64,000 nucleotides of DNA from an uncultured delta proteobacterium (GTDB lineage Bacteria > Myxococcota_A > Polyangia > Polyangiales > Polyangiaceae): assembly GCA_963841435.1 (NCBI GenBank), contig CAWJCS010000005.1:288001-352000 (forward strand), given 5' to 3'. Shown here piece after piece: positions 10,068 through 19,210 of this stretch. The notes below the pieces were generated by a model that did not search any database, had not been told where the DNA came from, and was given only the letters and a program-made list of their open reading frames with translations. Position 1 is the first letter of the stretch, and each line of letters opens with the position of its first letter. The position numbers and the translations under genes are program-made.

Positions 10068-10559
10068 TCACCGCTTCCGGGCTCGCGGCGGCTTCGCACC
10101 CTGCGCTTTCGTCGCGGCTCGTCCCTGCGTGGGCGCTTTCGGCTTCGCGGCTCGTCCCTTCGTGGGCGCTTTCGGCTTCGCGGCTCGTCCCTTCGTGGGC
10201 GCTTTCGGCTTCGCGGGCGCTTTCCGCTTCGTGGGCCGGTGCGACGCAAGGCCGGCGATGCCGAGGTCGACCCAAACGTCGAGCTGCCGCGCCGTGCGGA
10301 TGGCGTCCGCGCCGACGTACACCATGCCCGCCGAGGGTCGCCCGGTGAAGTCGAACGGCCTCACGTGCGGCTTGGCGAGCGCGGCCGGCTGCCCTTCCTT
10401 GCCCACGCGAACGATGAGCTCGTCGGCAAGCACGCCGCAGCACATGCTTTCGCTCACCATGAAGCAGACGCCGCCGAACATCTTCTGCTCGACGACGCGC
10501 CGCGGCCGCTTCTCGAACGCGCGGCGCACGCGTTCGGCGAGCTTTTCGTCGTAGGGCAT
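10068..10559 (-). CDS. TfoX N-terminal domain protein with Lys/Ala/Pro-rich tail
   Basis: MPYDEKLAERVR...KMFGGVCFMV...L.VRV...FTGRP..G.VYV...WV motifs. Confidence 0.85.
   Translation of the reverse strand: MPYDEKLAERVRRAFEKRPRRVVEQKMFGGVCFMVSESMCCGVLADELIVRVGKEGQPAALAKPHVRPFDFTGRPSAGMVYVGADAIRTARQLDVWVDLGIAGLASHRPTKRKAPAKPKAPTKGRAAKPKAPTKGRAAKPKAPTQGRAATKAQGAKPPRARKR
10112..10216. repeat. 33-bp coding tandem repeat, about 3.2 copies
   Basis: Unit tcgcggctcgtccct(g/t)cgtgggcgctttcggct; encodes AKPKAPT(K/Q)GRA on the minus strand. Confidence 0.9.
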
Positions 10560-10599
10560 GCTTTGCGTCCCTTCGGTGACCGCGATCACCGCCCGGCTC

Positions 10600-11040
10600 T
10601 CAAGCACCCTGGCGAAGATCCACGAACTCGATGCGCTCCGAGACGGAGCCGGCGAGGGCGCGCAGAACATCCATGGGGACGACGATGCCCGCGAGCGTCC
10701 CGTCGTCGTTGACGACGAGGACGCGGTGGATGTTCTCGTCGAGCATCAGTCGGACCGCGGCGAGCACGGGATCGCTCGGTCGCACGCCGTAGGCGACGCG
10801 CGTCATCACCTCGCCCACGATACCGCCGGCGTCAGCGCCGCGGCGCCTCGGATCGGCGAGGTCGGAATTGGAGAGCACGCCGAGCAATCGACCCTGAGGG
10901 CTCTGCACGGGCGCTCCGGTGAGGCCCGCTTCGTGCAAGCGCTGCCAGGCCTGGTCGAGCGGCTCGTCCGCTTGCAAGACCAGCACGGCCTCGGTCATCA
11001 CGTCCTTCACTCTCAACGTCTCGAGCATCGCGACCTTCAT
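10600..11040 (-). CDS. CBS domain pair protein
   Basis: VKDVMT...GAPV...LLGVLS..DL...VMT...HRVLVV...LAGIV...D; GGAGG RBS. Confidence 0.9.
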   Translation of the reverse strand: MKVAMLETLRVKDVMTEAVLVLQADEPLDQAWQRLHEAGLTGAPVQSPQGRLLGVLSNSDLADPRRRGADAGGIVGEVMTRVAYGVRPSDPVLAAVRLMLDENIHRVLVVNDDGTLAGIVVPMDVLRALAGSVSERIEFVDLRQGA

Positions 11041-11139
11041 GGAGCCACCTCCGCCGAGCAGTCTACTCCCCGACCCGTCTCGCACGGGCGCGCAACGATT
11101 GCGCCCTCGCGCACGCTCGTCGTGACGCCGCGCTGACGG

Positions 11140-11877
11140 CTACTTCGGCACGCGTCGCAGCGCTTCGCCGTTGACCCAGAAGACGCTCGCGTCGTCGAGC
11201 GCGATGTCGAAGAAATGGGTGTCGTAGGCGATCTCGGTGGGCTCGCCACCGTCCTTCGACACGCGCGACAGGCTGCCGAGGGCCCCCGCGAAGTAGACGT
11301 TTTCGTCGTCGAGCGCGCTCACTTGCAGGTTAAGGCCGCCGGAAAAGAGCGCCACACGCGCGCCGCCGTCGAGAGAGAGCTTCTCGACGGTGCCGCCGGA
11401 GTAGGTCGTGAAGAACAGATCGGTGGCATCGACCGAAACGCTCGACGGTAGGGCGAGCTCGGACGCCAGCGTCGCCATCGGCCCGCCTTGTTTCGGCACA
11501 CTGTGGATCGTTCCGACGCTGCCCTGCCCACCGCGCCTCGCGAAGTACACGTCGTCAGGGCCGAGCGCGAGCGCGGTGACACCGACGCCGTCCGTGACGA
11601 GCGGCGTCACGGGCCCGCCGTCGAGCGCAACGCGGCTCGGCTCGCCGAACTGGCCCGCGAAGTAAACGTCCGTCGCGTCGATGGCGACGAGGTCCGCGCC
11701 GGTCGCGAGCTCGGTGGGCGGCGTGCCGTCGAGTGGGATCTTCAAGAGCGAGCCCCAGCTCGCGCTCGCGAGGTAGGCATTCGTCGCGTCAACGGCAAGC
11801 TCGCACGTCCAGGGAAAGTGCAGTCTCCACCGGCCACGCCGGCCACGCCGACAGCGCGCCGGGGCGACACGCCCCAC
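11140..11877 (-). CDS. Beta-propeller-like repeat protein, probably 5'-truncated
   Basis: About six repeats of A(L/V/I)DxxxVYF...vpkdGG from about 11800 down. No credible signal peptide or start upstream. Confidence 0.55.
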   Translation of the reverse strand: MGRVAPARCRRGRRGRWRLHFPWTCELAVDATNAYLASASWGSLLKIPLDGTPPTELATGADLVAIDATDVYFAGQFGEPSRVALDGGPVTPLVTDGVGVTALALGPDDVYFARRGGQGSVGTIHSVPKQGGPMATLASELALPSSVSVDATDLFFTTYSGGTVEKLSLDGGARVALFSGGLNLQVSALDDENVYFAGALGSLSRVSKDGGEPTEIAYDTHFFDIALDDASVFWVNGEALRRVPK

Positions 11878-12038
11878 CGGAGAGCCAGGGCGCCGCGGCG
11901 GCACGGGGCGCGGCCGGCACCGTCTCGGCGCGGGACAAAGCCGTCTCACCGCCCTCGTTTGCGGCCGGAACCTGGAAATGTGCAGGCGGCGCGAACCGTC
12001 TGGGTGCACGCTGGCTCCAACCGGCAAGGAGCAACATC

Positions 12039-12242
12039 ATGTGCCAGCGGGTTCAATGTTCGAGCTGTGGAAAGCCAACCTACGCCGGCTGCGGCCGCCA
12101 CGTGGAGGCGGTGCTCGGCGACGTTCCGACAGAGAAGCGCTGCCGCTGCCGCGAAACGAGCCGCGAAACGCGCGAGTCGCAGAGCGCCGCGCCCAGAGGG
12201 AGCCGGCTCGCCGCCATCCTCGGCGCCCTGCAGGGAAGGTAG
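12039..12242 (+). CDS. Small Cys/His-rich protein (67 aa)
   Basis: AAGGAG RBS; MCQRVQCSSCGKPTYAGCGRHVEAVLGDVPTEKRCRC. Hidden inside a longer ORF in the track. Confidence 0.8.
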   Translation: MCQRVQCSSCGKPTYAGCGRHVEAVLGDVPTEKRCRCRETSRETRESQSAAPRGSRLAAILGALQGR

Positions 12243-12244
12243 TC

Positions 12245-12673
12245 GTGAAAGCGAGCATCGAGTCCGCGGGCGGCGTCGCAAGTCGCGTTCGCGTGGGCTC
12301 GCACGAGCTCCTGTTCGACCAGGCGAGCCCGGTGCCCGGCGGAGAGGACCGCGGGCCATCACCCCTCGATGTGATGATCGTCGCCGTCGCCGCGTGCGCG
12401 CACTACTACGCCGCCGCGTTCCTGTTTGGGCGGCAGCTCTCGACCGAGGGCCTCCGCGTGGACGTCGAGGCCGAGAAGACTCGCGACCCGGTCCCCCGCA
12501 TCGCGTGCCTCACCATGCAGGTGAGCCTGCCCAGCGGCTTTCCCGAGCGCTACCTCGGCGCCATCGAACGCGCCATCCGCCACTGCCCTGCCTACGGTAC
12601 CCTGACTCACCCGCTCGAGGTAAAGCTCGAGATTCGCGCCGACGCGAGCGGCTCGGCGGCCAACGTCGCGTGA
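12245..12673 (+). CDS. OsmC/Ohr-like family protein
   Basis: DQ...GGEDRGPSP.D.....VAAC...CP two-Cys pattern; GTG start 2 bp after the upstream stop. Confidence 0.88.
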   Translation: MKASIESAGGVASRVRVGSHELLFDQASPVPGGEDRGPSPLDVMIVAVAACAHYYAAAFLFGRQLSTEGLRVDVEAEKTRDPVPRIACLTMQVSLPSGFPERYLGAIERAIRHCPAYGTLTHPLEVKLEIRADASGSAANVA

Positions 12674-12717
12674 GCTAATCGAGCGGCTCTGAGCCGGCCC
12701 GGGCATGTTATGGCCGG

Positions 12718-13286
12718 GTGGTGGGCGCGCGGGCGTGGTTGGTTCGGCTCCTGTGGGGAGCGCTGTCGGCGACGGTGGCCCTGCCTGCAGCGCGGGCTGA
12801 CGAGCCGGCACCGCCCAGCATCGTGCCACCCGCGCCGCTTTCGCCCATCGAGGTGCCGTACCCGAAGGGCGCGCACGGTGACGCCGAGGTCGTGCTCGAG
12901 GTCGTCGTCGCCGAGGACGGCAGCGTGTCGCGTGTCGCGCTGCGCCGCGGCGCGGAGCCGTTCGCGGCGGCGGCGCGCCGCCATGCCGAAACGCTGCGCT
13001 TCGTTCCGGCAACGCGGGGCGGTTTGCCCGTGCGCGCGCGCATCGCCGTACGCATCGCATTCCACGAGCCGCCGCCCGACGAGCCCGCGACGCCCGCCGC
13101 CGCGCAACCACCCGCCGGGCCGCCGAAAGCCTCTCGAATGGACTCTTCGTCACGGCCACGATGGAGTGGTTCAACACGCTGCTCGCGACCGAAGTCGTCG
13201 ACGCGAATTACACGCCGTCCGGGCTCGTATACGAACGGCAGTCGGCACTCACGGTGCCGAGCGTCGGCGTGGAGCTCGGCTGGTGA
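12718..13286 (+). pseudogene. TonB-dependent receptor with large internal deletion
   Basis: Signal peptide plus TonB-C domain (YP..A.GDAEVVLEVVV..DG.V...F.PA.RGG.PV.ARI). From about 13131, in another frame, a barrel C-terminus: NGLFVTATMEWFNTLL...LTVPSVGVELGW*. Confidence 0.75.
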
Positions 13287-13346
13287 CGCCGGCGCGGCCC
13301 ACCACGCACCTGGCGGCGGCGCGCGGGCGGCGCCGCGCGTGAGGAG

Positions 13347-14333
13347 TCAGCGACCGAGCGCCGCCATCATCGCTTCGGGGTAGCGCAAGCCAGAAGCCGC
13401 CCCCGGAGAAAATACCCGATCGATCTCGGCGAGCTCATCGTCGTCGAGCACAACGTCGAGCGCGCGGACGTTCTCTTCGAGGTACTTTCGGCGCTTGGTG
13501 CCCGGAATCGGCACGACGAATGGAGCGCGCGACAAGAGCCAAGCGAGCGCGACCCCCGACGGGGCCACGCCCTTCGCCTTCGCGAGCTCACCCACCTTCG
13601 CCACGAGATCGAGGTTCTTCTGGAAGTTTTCGCCCAAAAAGCGCGGTGAAAAGCGCCGGTAGTCGCCCTCGTCGAAGTCCTCGAAGCGTTTGATCTGCCC
13701 CGTGAGAAAGCCCCGACCGAGCGGGCTGTAGGCGAGAAAGCCCACACCGAGCTCGCGACACTTTTCCAGCACGCCGTCGGTCTCCGGATCGCGCGTCCAG
13801 AGCGAGTACTCCGATTGCACGGACGCGATGGGGTGCACAGCGTGCGCCTTCGCGAGCGTCGCCGCGCTCACCTCGGAGAGGCCGACGTAGCGCACCTTGC
13901 CCGCCTTCACGAGATCGGCGAGCGCGCCTACCGTGTCCTCGATGGGCGTTTCCGCATCGACGCGGTGATACTGGTAGAGGTCCACGTAATCGACGCCCAG
14001 GCGGTAAAGGCTACCGTCGATACAGCGCCGCACGTGCTCGGGCTTGCCGTTGAGCCCGCGACCGGCCGGGGTCGGTCCCCGGATCACGCCGAACTTCGTC
14101 GCCAGCACGATGCGGTCGCGCGGCCTGCCCTTGAGCGCACGGCCCAGGAGCTCTTCGTTCGTGAACGGGCCGTACGCCTCGGCGGTGTCGAGCAGCGTGA
14201 TGCCGAGCTCGAGCGCGCGGTCGAGCGTCGCGAGCGACTCGGCGTCGTTTCGCTGCCCGTAAAATTCGCTCATCCCCATGCAGCCGAGGCCGAGCGCCGA
14301 AACCGTGAGCCCGCCGAGCTTCCGAGCTTGCAT
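13347..14333 (-). CDS. Aldo/keto reductase
   Basis: [56 protein letters not shown]. Confidence 0.95.
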   Translation of the reverse strand: MQARKLGGLTVSALGLGCMGMSEFYGQRNDAESLATLDRALELGITLLDTAEAYGPFTNEELLGRALKGRPRDRIVLATKFGVIRGPTPAGRGLNGKPEHVRRCIDGSLYRLGVDYVDLYQYHRVDAETPIEDTVGALADLVKAGKVRYVGLSEVSAATLAKAHAVHPIASVQSEYSLWTRDPETDGVLEKCRELGVGFLAYSPLGRGFLTGQIKRFEDFDEGDYRRFSPRFLGENFQKNLDLVAKVGELAKAKGVAPSGVALAWLLSRAPFVVPIPGTKRRKYLEENVRALDVVLDDDELAEIDRVFSPGAASGLRYPEAMMAALGR

Positions 14334-14345
14334 GCGAACCTCCTT

Positions 14346-14383
14346 CAGGGACCCTAGGGGCATGCAGGGACCCTAGGGGCATG
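14346..14383. repeat. Perfect 19-bp tandem duplication in divergent intergenic region
   Basis: CAGGGACCCTAGGGGCATG twice; each copy contains the palindrome CCCTAGGG. Confidence 0.9.
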
Positions 14384-14470
14384 ACCGTCGAGGTCAAGGG
14401 CCGACGGCGCGCCCGGGCAGCGCATTTCCAGGTGATCGAGCGGCCTGCGGCGCGCATTTAGCCATTCGCC

Positions 14471-15874
14471 ATGGCATGCCCCCGATTTTTCGCGATTTTG
14501 CTGCTCTTGCCCGCGCTCGGCTGCGGCTCGAACGAGCCCGCGGCGGAGCAATCGGCGCCCCCGAAGGACCTGATGCTCGCGCTGACGGGCGAATTCCCGG
14601 CCGCCGGGGCGAGGGACGTCTGCGCCGACGCGTCGCTCACGCTGAGCTTCACTTCGCCGCCCACCCTCGGCAAGAAAGGCAAGCTCCAGGTGTTCGACGC
14701 CGCCGCGCCCGACGCGGCGGTCGTCACCATCAATCTCGAGGCGACGTTCTACAGCGCCGTCATCGGCGGCCAGAACCGCCAGCTGCTGCAGCCGGTGAGC
14801 ATCGACGGCTCCGAGGTGTCCGTGTACCTCGCGGGCACGCCCCTCGAGCCGGACCACGACTACTTCGTGCATGTCAACGACGGCGTGTTCCTGGACGAAA
14901 ACGAGAAGTCGCTCGGCGCGATCACGGCGCGCGACGCGTGGCAGTTCACGACCGTCTCGCCCAGTTTGGCGACCCCCGGCGAGCTTCGCGTGGCCGGGGA
15001 CGGGACAGCCGACTTCTGCTCCATCCAGGGTGCGATTGACTTCGTGCCCGCCGGCAACACCGAGCGCGCCACCATCTCCGTCTCGCCCGGAACCTACCGC
15101 GAGATGCTCGTGCTGGTCGGCAAGCAGTTAATCACCCTTAGCGGTGAAGACCGCGAAACGACGATCGTCTCGTACCCCAACAACGACGACCTGAACCCCG
15201 GCACCCACGGCCGCGCCATGGTGAACGCCGAAGGCTCGAACGACCTCGTGATCGAGAGCATCACGCTCGAAAACCCCACGCCCGAGGGCGGCTCCCAGGC
15301 CGAGGCGCTACGCGTCGAGCCCGGCCAGCGCGTCGTGCTCCGCAACGCGACCTTCCGGAGCCGGCAAGACACGCTGCTCCTCAGCGGCCAAGTCTACGTG
15401 GCCGACTCACTCGTCGAGGGCAACGTCGATTTCATCTGGGGCAAGGGCGGCGTGTTCTTCGAGCGCACGGAGCTCAAAACGATCGGCCGCGCGGGCTACG
15501 AGGTGCAGGCCCGAAACCCCCCGGGCCAGTACGGCTACGTGTTCGTCGACTCGAAGCTCACGGCCGACGAGGGCATCGCGGGCCAATGGCTCGGACGCAT
15601 CGACGTGACCGAGTACCCTGGCAGCCAGGTCGCGTACATCGACTGCGAGCTCGGCGCGCACGTGAACCCGGTCGGCTGGCTCATCACGCCGAACGGTGCC
15701 GAGGCGCCCGCGGACCTTCGCTTCTGGGAATACGGCAACGTCGACACCGAGGGCCTGCCCGTCAACCGAAGCCGGCGCGCTTCGTTCTCGAAAGAGCTGA
15801 CGGAGGAGGAGGCGATGCCGCTCCGCGACCCGTCCGTCGTGCTCTCGGGCTGGGATCCCCTGAGCGTGCCCTAG
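14471..15874 (+). CDS. Pectinesterase-family (CE8) lipoprotein with N-terminal Ig-like domain
   Basis: ALGC lipobox; SIQGAID, GTYRE, QAEAL, QDTL, GNVDFIWG, LGR. Confidence 0.88.
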   Translation: MACPRFFAILLLLPALGCGSNEPAAEQSAPPKDLMLALTGEFPAAGARDVCADASLTLSFTSPPTLGKKGKLQVFDAAAPDAAVVTINLEATFYSAVIGGQNRQLLQPVSIDGSEVSVYLAGTPLEPDHDYFVHVNDGVFLDENEKSLGAITARDAWQFTTVSPSLATPGELRVAGDGTADFCSIQGAIDFVPAGNTERATISVSPGTYREMLVLVGKQLITLSGEDRETTIVSYPNNDDLNPGTHGRAMVNAEGSNDLVIESITLENPTPEGGSQAEALRVEPGQRVVLRNATFRSRQDTLLLSGQVYVADSLVEGNVDFIWGKGGVFFERTELKTIGRAGYEVQARNPPGQYGYVFVDSKLTADEGIAGQWLGRIDVTEYPGSQVAYIDCELGAHVNPVGWLITPNGAEAPADLRFWEYGNVDTEGLPVNRSRRASFSKELTEEEAMPLRDPSVVLSGWDPLSVP

Positions 15875-15933
15875 GCTCGACCTAGGCAGTCTCGAAAGGC
15901 GCCCGCTCGCGTCCTCGGCACGCCACGTTGGCG

Positions 15934-17148
15934 TCACGTCGCAGCCGTGCACCCCTGGTGAAACCAGGGCGGGCCCAGAACCCACCGGGAATCATTTCGA
16001 GACGCGGGCCGTTGACAAGGGAAACGCTCGTCCTCAAATGAAAGAGCGGACCGTGGAAAACGAGACACACGTGCACTTCGTGGAAGAGGGGGCGGACCTC
16101 GCGGCAGTCGAGAATCGACCAGCCGCGGCGGCGTTCGCCGGTCATCTCGCGACTGCATGGCGCGTTCTTCGCGCTCGGCATCGTGGTCTCGAGCTACCAC
16201 GTGCGCGCGCGCGGCAACGGTATCGTCGAGCGCCTCGTGATCCATCGCCGCGACGGCACCATGGTGAGCGGCGAGCTCGGTGTGCAAGCGCGCGCCGCGG
16301 TGCTGCCCGTTGCGCTGGAAGTGCAGGGCTGACGCTCCGTCGGTCGTCCTCGCTCCGTAGAATCCGAATAGCAGTGCGGCGAGCAGCAGGGCGTGGACGG
16401 CCCGAAAGAGGGCGCGCTCGGACGACGCGAGCGGAGGCTCCACGACGAACAGGCCGTCGTCGCGCGCGATGCGAAAAACGAGCACGTTGGCGGCGTCCAT
16501 GGCGAAGTGCAGCGCGGCTGGTACCCAGAGGCTCCCCGAGAGCAAGTACGCGGCGACGAGAACGAGGCCGCCGAGCGTCCAGCTCGCGATCTGCGGCCCA
16601 TCAACCCGATTGGTCGGAAAGTGAGCGAGCACGAAGATCGACGTGCTCAAAACGGCGACCCACACGGGCGCGGCGCCCACCAACACGAGCGCCAGATAGC
16701 CACGAAACAAGGTTTCTTCCTGGAGAGCGACGAGCAGCAGCACGCCGAGGGCCAGCGCGAGCATCGACCCACGTTTCGGCACCTCGAAGCTCGACCCGTC
16801 GGGACGCGCCGCTCGCACGAACACCGCAGCGGAAAAGAGCGTGAGGAGCCCCGCAGTGAGTGCGAAGGCCCCATCGCGCTGCGACAGCCCGAGGCCGAGC
16901 GCCGAGAGCGGGCGCCCGAGGAGCCAGTGAGTCAACCCGAGCACGCCTCCCAGGACGAGGACGTTCGCGGCGCCGCCAACGAGCAGCACGGCCGGGCGCG
17001 AGCGACTCTCGAGCTTCGACAGGTCCTCGCCGAGGCGCTTGACCAGAACGAGCGCTGCGACGGCACCCACGAAGTAGGCGCCGAGCCCAGCAAGGACCGC
17101 ACCCACGCGCAGCACGCTGCTCACGGCGAACCTTCCGGCAACGGGCAA
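15934..17148 (-). CDS. CPBP (Abi/CAAX) intramembrane metalloprotease; last about 130 codons are probably read-through
   Basis: QEETLFRGY, FVLAH and ALHFAMD motifs with TM helices. Family-like sequence ends near 16340. Confidence 0.8.
   Translation of the reverse strand: MPVAGRFAVSSVLRVGAVLAGLGAYFVGAVAALVLVKRLGEDLSKLESRSRPAVLLVGGAANVLVLGGVLGLTHWLLGRPLSALGLGLSQRDGAFALTAGLLTLFSAAVFVRAARPDGSSFEVPKRGSMLALALGVLLLVALQEETLFRGYLALVLVGAAPVWVAVLSTSIFVLAHFPTNRVDGPQIASWTLGGLVLVAAYLLSGSLWVPAALHFAMDAANVLVFRIARDDGLFVVEPPLASSERALFRAVHALLLAALLFGFYGARTTDGASALHFQRNGQHRGARLHTELAAHHGAVAAMDHEALDDTVAARAHVVARDHDAEREERAMQSRDDRRTPPRLVDSRLPRGPPPLPRSARVSRFPRSALSFEDERFPCQRPASRNDSRWVLGPPWFHQGCTAAT
16038..16332 (+). CDS. 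Small hypothetical protein (about 95 aa, weakly ACT-like), one +1 frameshift at about 16113
   Basis: Removing one A from GAGAATC gives ...HVHFVEEGADLAAVEIDQPRRRSPVISRLHGAFFALGIVVSSYHVR...ERLVIHRRDG...VQG*. TTGACA at 16012. Start is 16038 ATG or 16053 GTG. Confidence 0.6.
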
Positions 17149-17189
17149 GCAAAAGGGGACACGAGCCGAGATGCCCTGCCGTCGCTCGC

Positions 17190-17915
17190 TCAGCGCGACG
17201 GAGCGTGCGCGGCGTGCTCGCCCAGCGGGTGGCCGTGGCTCCGCGCCTCGGCCGCCGCCGACGGGTTGCGATGGTGATCGATCCAGGCGGCAACCACCGC
17301 GAAGACGAGATACGACACCAACGCGGCGGCGGCCGCCTGGTTCGCGCTCTCGGGTGGGCGTCCGAAGAACATCGTGACCTGGACGGCGCAGAGCGCCGAT
17401 GCAAATACCCAGGGGCCGATGCGCCCGATCGCATCACGAGCGCGCGTGGCCCCGAGATAGAGGAGCATGCCGCCCAGGAGCGACCCCACTTCGAGGGCGA
17501 GCGCGAGCGCGGGATAGTTCCAGAGGCCGAGTCCGACTTTCCCGACGCCATCGACGATCGGCAGATCGGGTCGGTGGACGAGCAGGTCGAGAACCCAGTG
17601 GGAAAATACCGCTACGGAGATGGCCGCGAAGACCCGTTTGAAGGACGAGCGCGGCTTCGCGAGCGCGTACAGCGCGCCAAACCCGAGCGCCCAGGCGAGA
17701 GCCCCGACGAGGCTGTGCGTGTACGGCATGTAGTAGAGATCGAGCGGGTTCGTTTTGGTGATGCCGGGCACGATGCGCACCTTCTCGATCCCGAGGGGCA
17801 CGAAGATCGCCCAGGCAACGTCAACGAGCTGCACGGCGAGGAACAGCACGAAGATCGGAATGCGAGGCTGCCACCGTTTGACGGCGTATGCGGGACCATA
17901 GTGACCGATGAACAT
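17190..17915 (-). CDS. Membrane-bound metal-dependent hydrolase-like protein
   Basis: MFIGH...QLVD...PYTHSL...SHWVLDLLVH motifs. Confidence 0.8.
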   Translation of the reverse strand: MFIGHYGPAYAVKRWQPRIPIFVLFLAVQLVDVAWAIFVPLGIEKVRIVPGITKTNPLDLYYMPYTHSLVGALAWALGFGALYALAKPRSSFKRVFAAISVAVFSHWVLDLLVHRPDLPIVDGVGKVGLGLWNYPALALALEVGSLLGGMLLYLGATRARDAIGRIGPWVFASALCAVQVTMFFGRPPESANQAAAAALVSYLVFAVVAAWIDHHRNPSAAAEARSHGHPLGEHAAHAPSR

Positions 17916-18062
17916 GCCCGCGACACGGCAATCATCGTTCCATCCGCAGGCCCGCGTGAGCCGCCGTACGCCCGGAACGAGCAAGCAACAATGCCACGCC
18001 GAGGCATATGGCCGCGGCGCTCTTCCCCAATCGTGCCTTTATTCGGTCAGCTCCCGCTGCGA

Positions 18063-18266
18063 TCAGTAGTGCGGCGGCTTCTCGTTCGGCGCGTCGCGCG
18101 GCTCGAGCTCGGCGCGCACCCAGCGTTCGAGCGCGTCGAGGCGCCGCTTGAGGTCGGAAACGGCTCGGCTCAGATCGACCGTGACCTCGTTGAGGTCGAG
18201 GATGGTCTTTTCCTGATAGGCGAGCTTGGTTTCGAGGGCCACGATCGCGCTTTCGGCATCGGACAT
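18063..18266 (-). CDS. slyX: SlyX family protein
   Basis: LETKLAYQE.TI.DLN coiled coil and C-terminal EKPPHY. Confidence 0.9.
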   Translation of the reverse strand: MSDAESAIVALETKLAYQEKTILDLNEVTVDLSRAVSDLKRRLDALERWVRAELEPRDAPNEKPPHY

Positions 18267-18338
18267 GCGGAAAGTCTTGGCCGCGATCCGCGCCACTGTC
18301 CACGGCATCGAGGCGAATCGTTCGCCAGGGTCCGACGC

Positions 18339-19109
18339 TCAGGCCGGGGGGTCGCCGAGCTTTTCGAGCTCGGCCTCGAGCGCTTCGACGCCACCCCGCG
18401 CGGTCTCGGCAGCCTGCTCCGCCGCGGCGGCTTGGCGGCGCGCGTCGGAGAGCTCCTGGGTGCGTGCCTCGAGCTCGCCCCGCGCGAGCCTGAGGCGCCG
18501 CTCGACTCGCTCGCGCTCCGCTCGAGCTTGGGCGCGCTCCTGCTCGAGGCGGCGGCGCTCGGCCTCCACTTCCTGCTTTCGCCGTGCCGCGGTCTCCGCG
18601 TTCGCCGGGGCAGCGCCGCGCGGTTTGCTCGGTGCGCCCACCGACAGGCCCGCGACGTCGAAGCCCGGCGGGTCGCGATCCGTCTTCAGGGCTCCCGGCG
18701 GATCCGGGTCGAAGCCGCCGGCAGCCCCGAGCGCCGTGAGCGTCGTCGTCGCGCGCCTGAGCGTTGCTTCGCTCGCCGGCTTGCCCGCCTCGGCGAGCAG
18801 CGCCGCCGCACGCTCGCGGAGCTCGCCGAGTGCCTCGCGGTACGCGGTGCTCGCCGCGGGGTCCGGCTCGCCGTGCCGCAACCAATCGGCCGTCGCGAGC
18901 AGCGCGTCGAACGCCGCGCGTTCCTTGAAATAGAGCTGATTGACGACCCACGCCGACACCGGCGGTCGCCGGTGCTTCTTCAGGTCCGACGCGCTTTTGG
19001 CCTCGCCCTGCTTCGCGAGCTCCGCCGCGAGCCGGTCGCGCTCGTTCACGAAGGCCTCGAAGGGCGCCGCGTGGAGCTTTTCGAGGGCGTCGTCGTACGC
19101 CGTGGTCAC
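18339..19109 (-). CDS. Conserved hypothetical protein with C-terminal coiled coil
   Basis: F..ER..LA.EL...RRPPVSAWVVNQL pattern; heptad-rich tail. Confidence 0.7.
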   Translation of the reverse strand: MTTAYDDALEKLHAAPFEAFVNERDRLAAELAKQGEAKSASDLKKHRRPPVSAWVVNQLYFKERAAFDALLATADWLRHGEPDPAASTAYREALGELRERAAALLAEAGKPASEATLRRATTTLTALGAAGGFDPDPPGALKTDRDPPGFDVAGLSVGAPSKPRGAAPANAETAARRKQEVEAERRRLEQERAQARAERERVERRLRLARGELEARTQELSDARRQAAAAEQAAETARGGVEALEAELEKLGDPPA

Positions 19110-19210
19110 GGGCGCATGATAGCCGTTCGTCGCTGGCGACGGTGACGGCGCGCGCTCGTCCCGCGCTGGCGCCGCGCCCACGCCCCTCGACGATCGTCGG
19201 GGAGCTCGCC

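Noticed and set aside
10112-14383. 33-bp and 19-bp repeats as possible CRISPR arrays
   Set aside because: Head-to-tail copies with no spacers and no cas genes.
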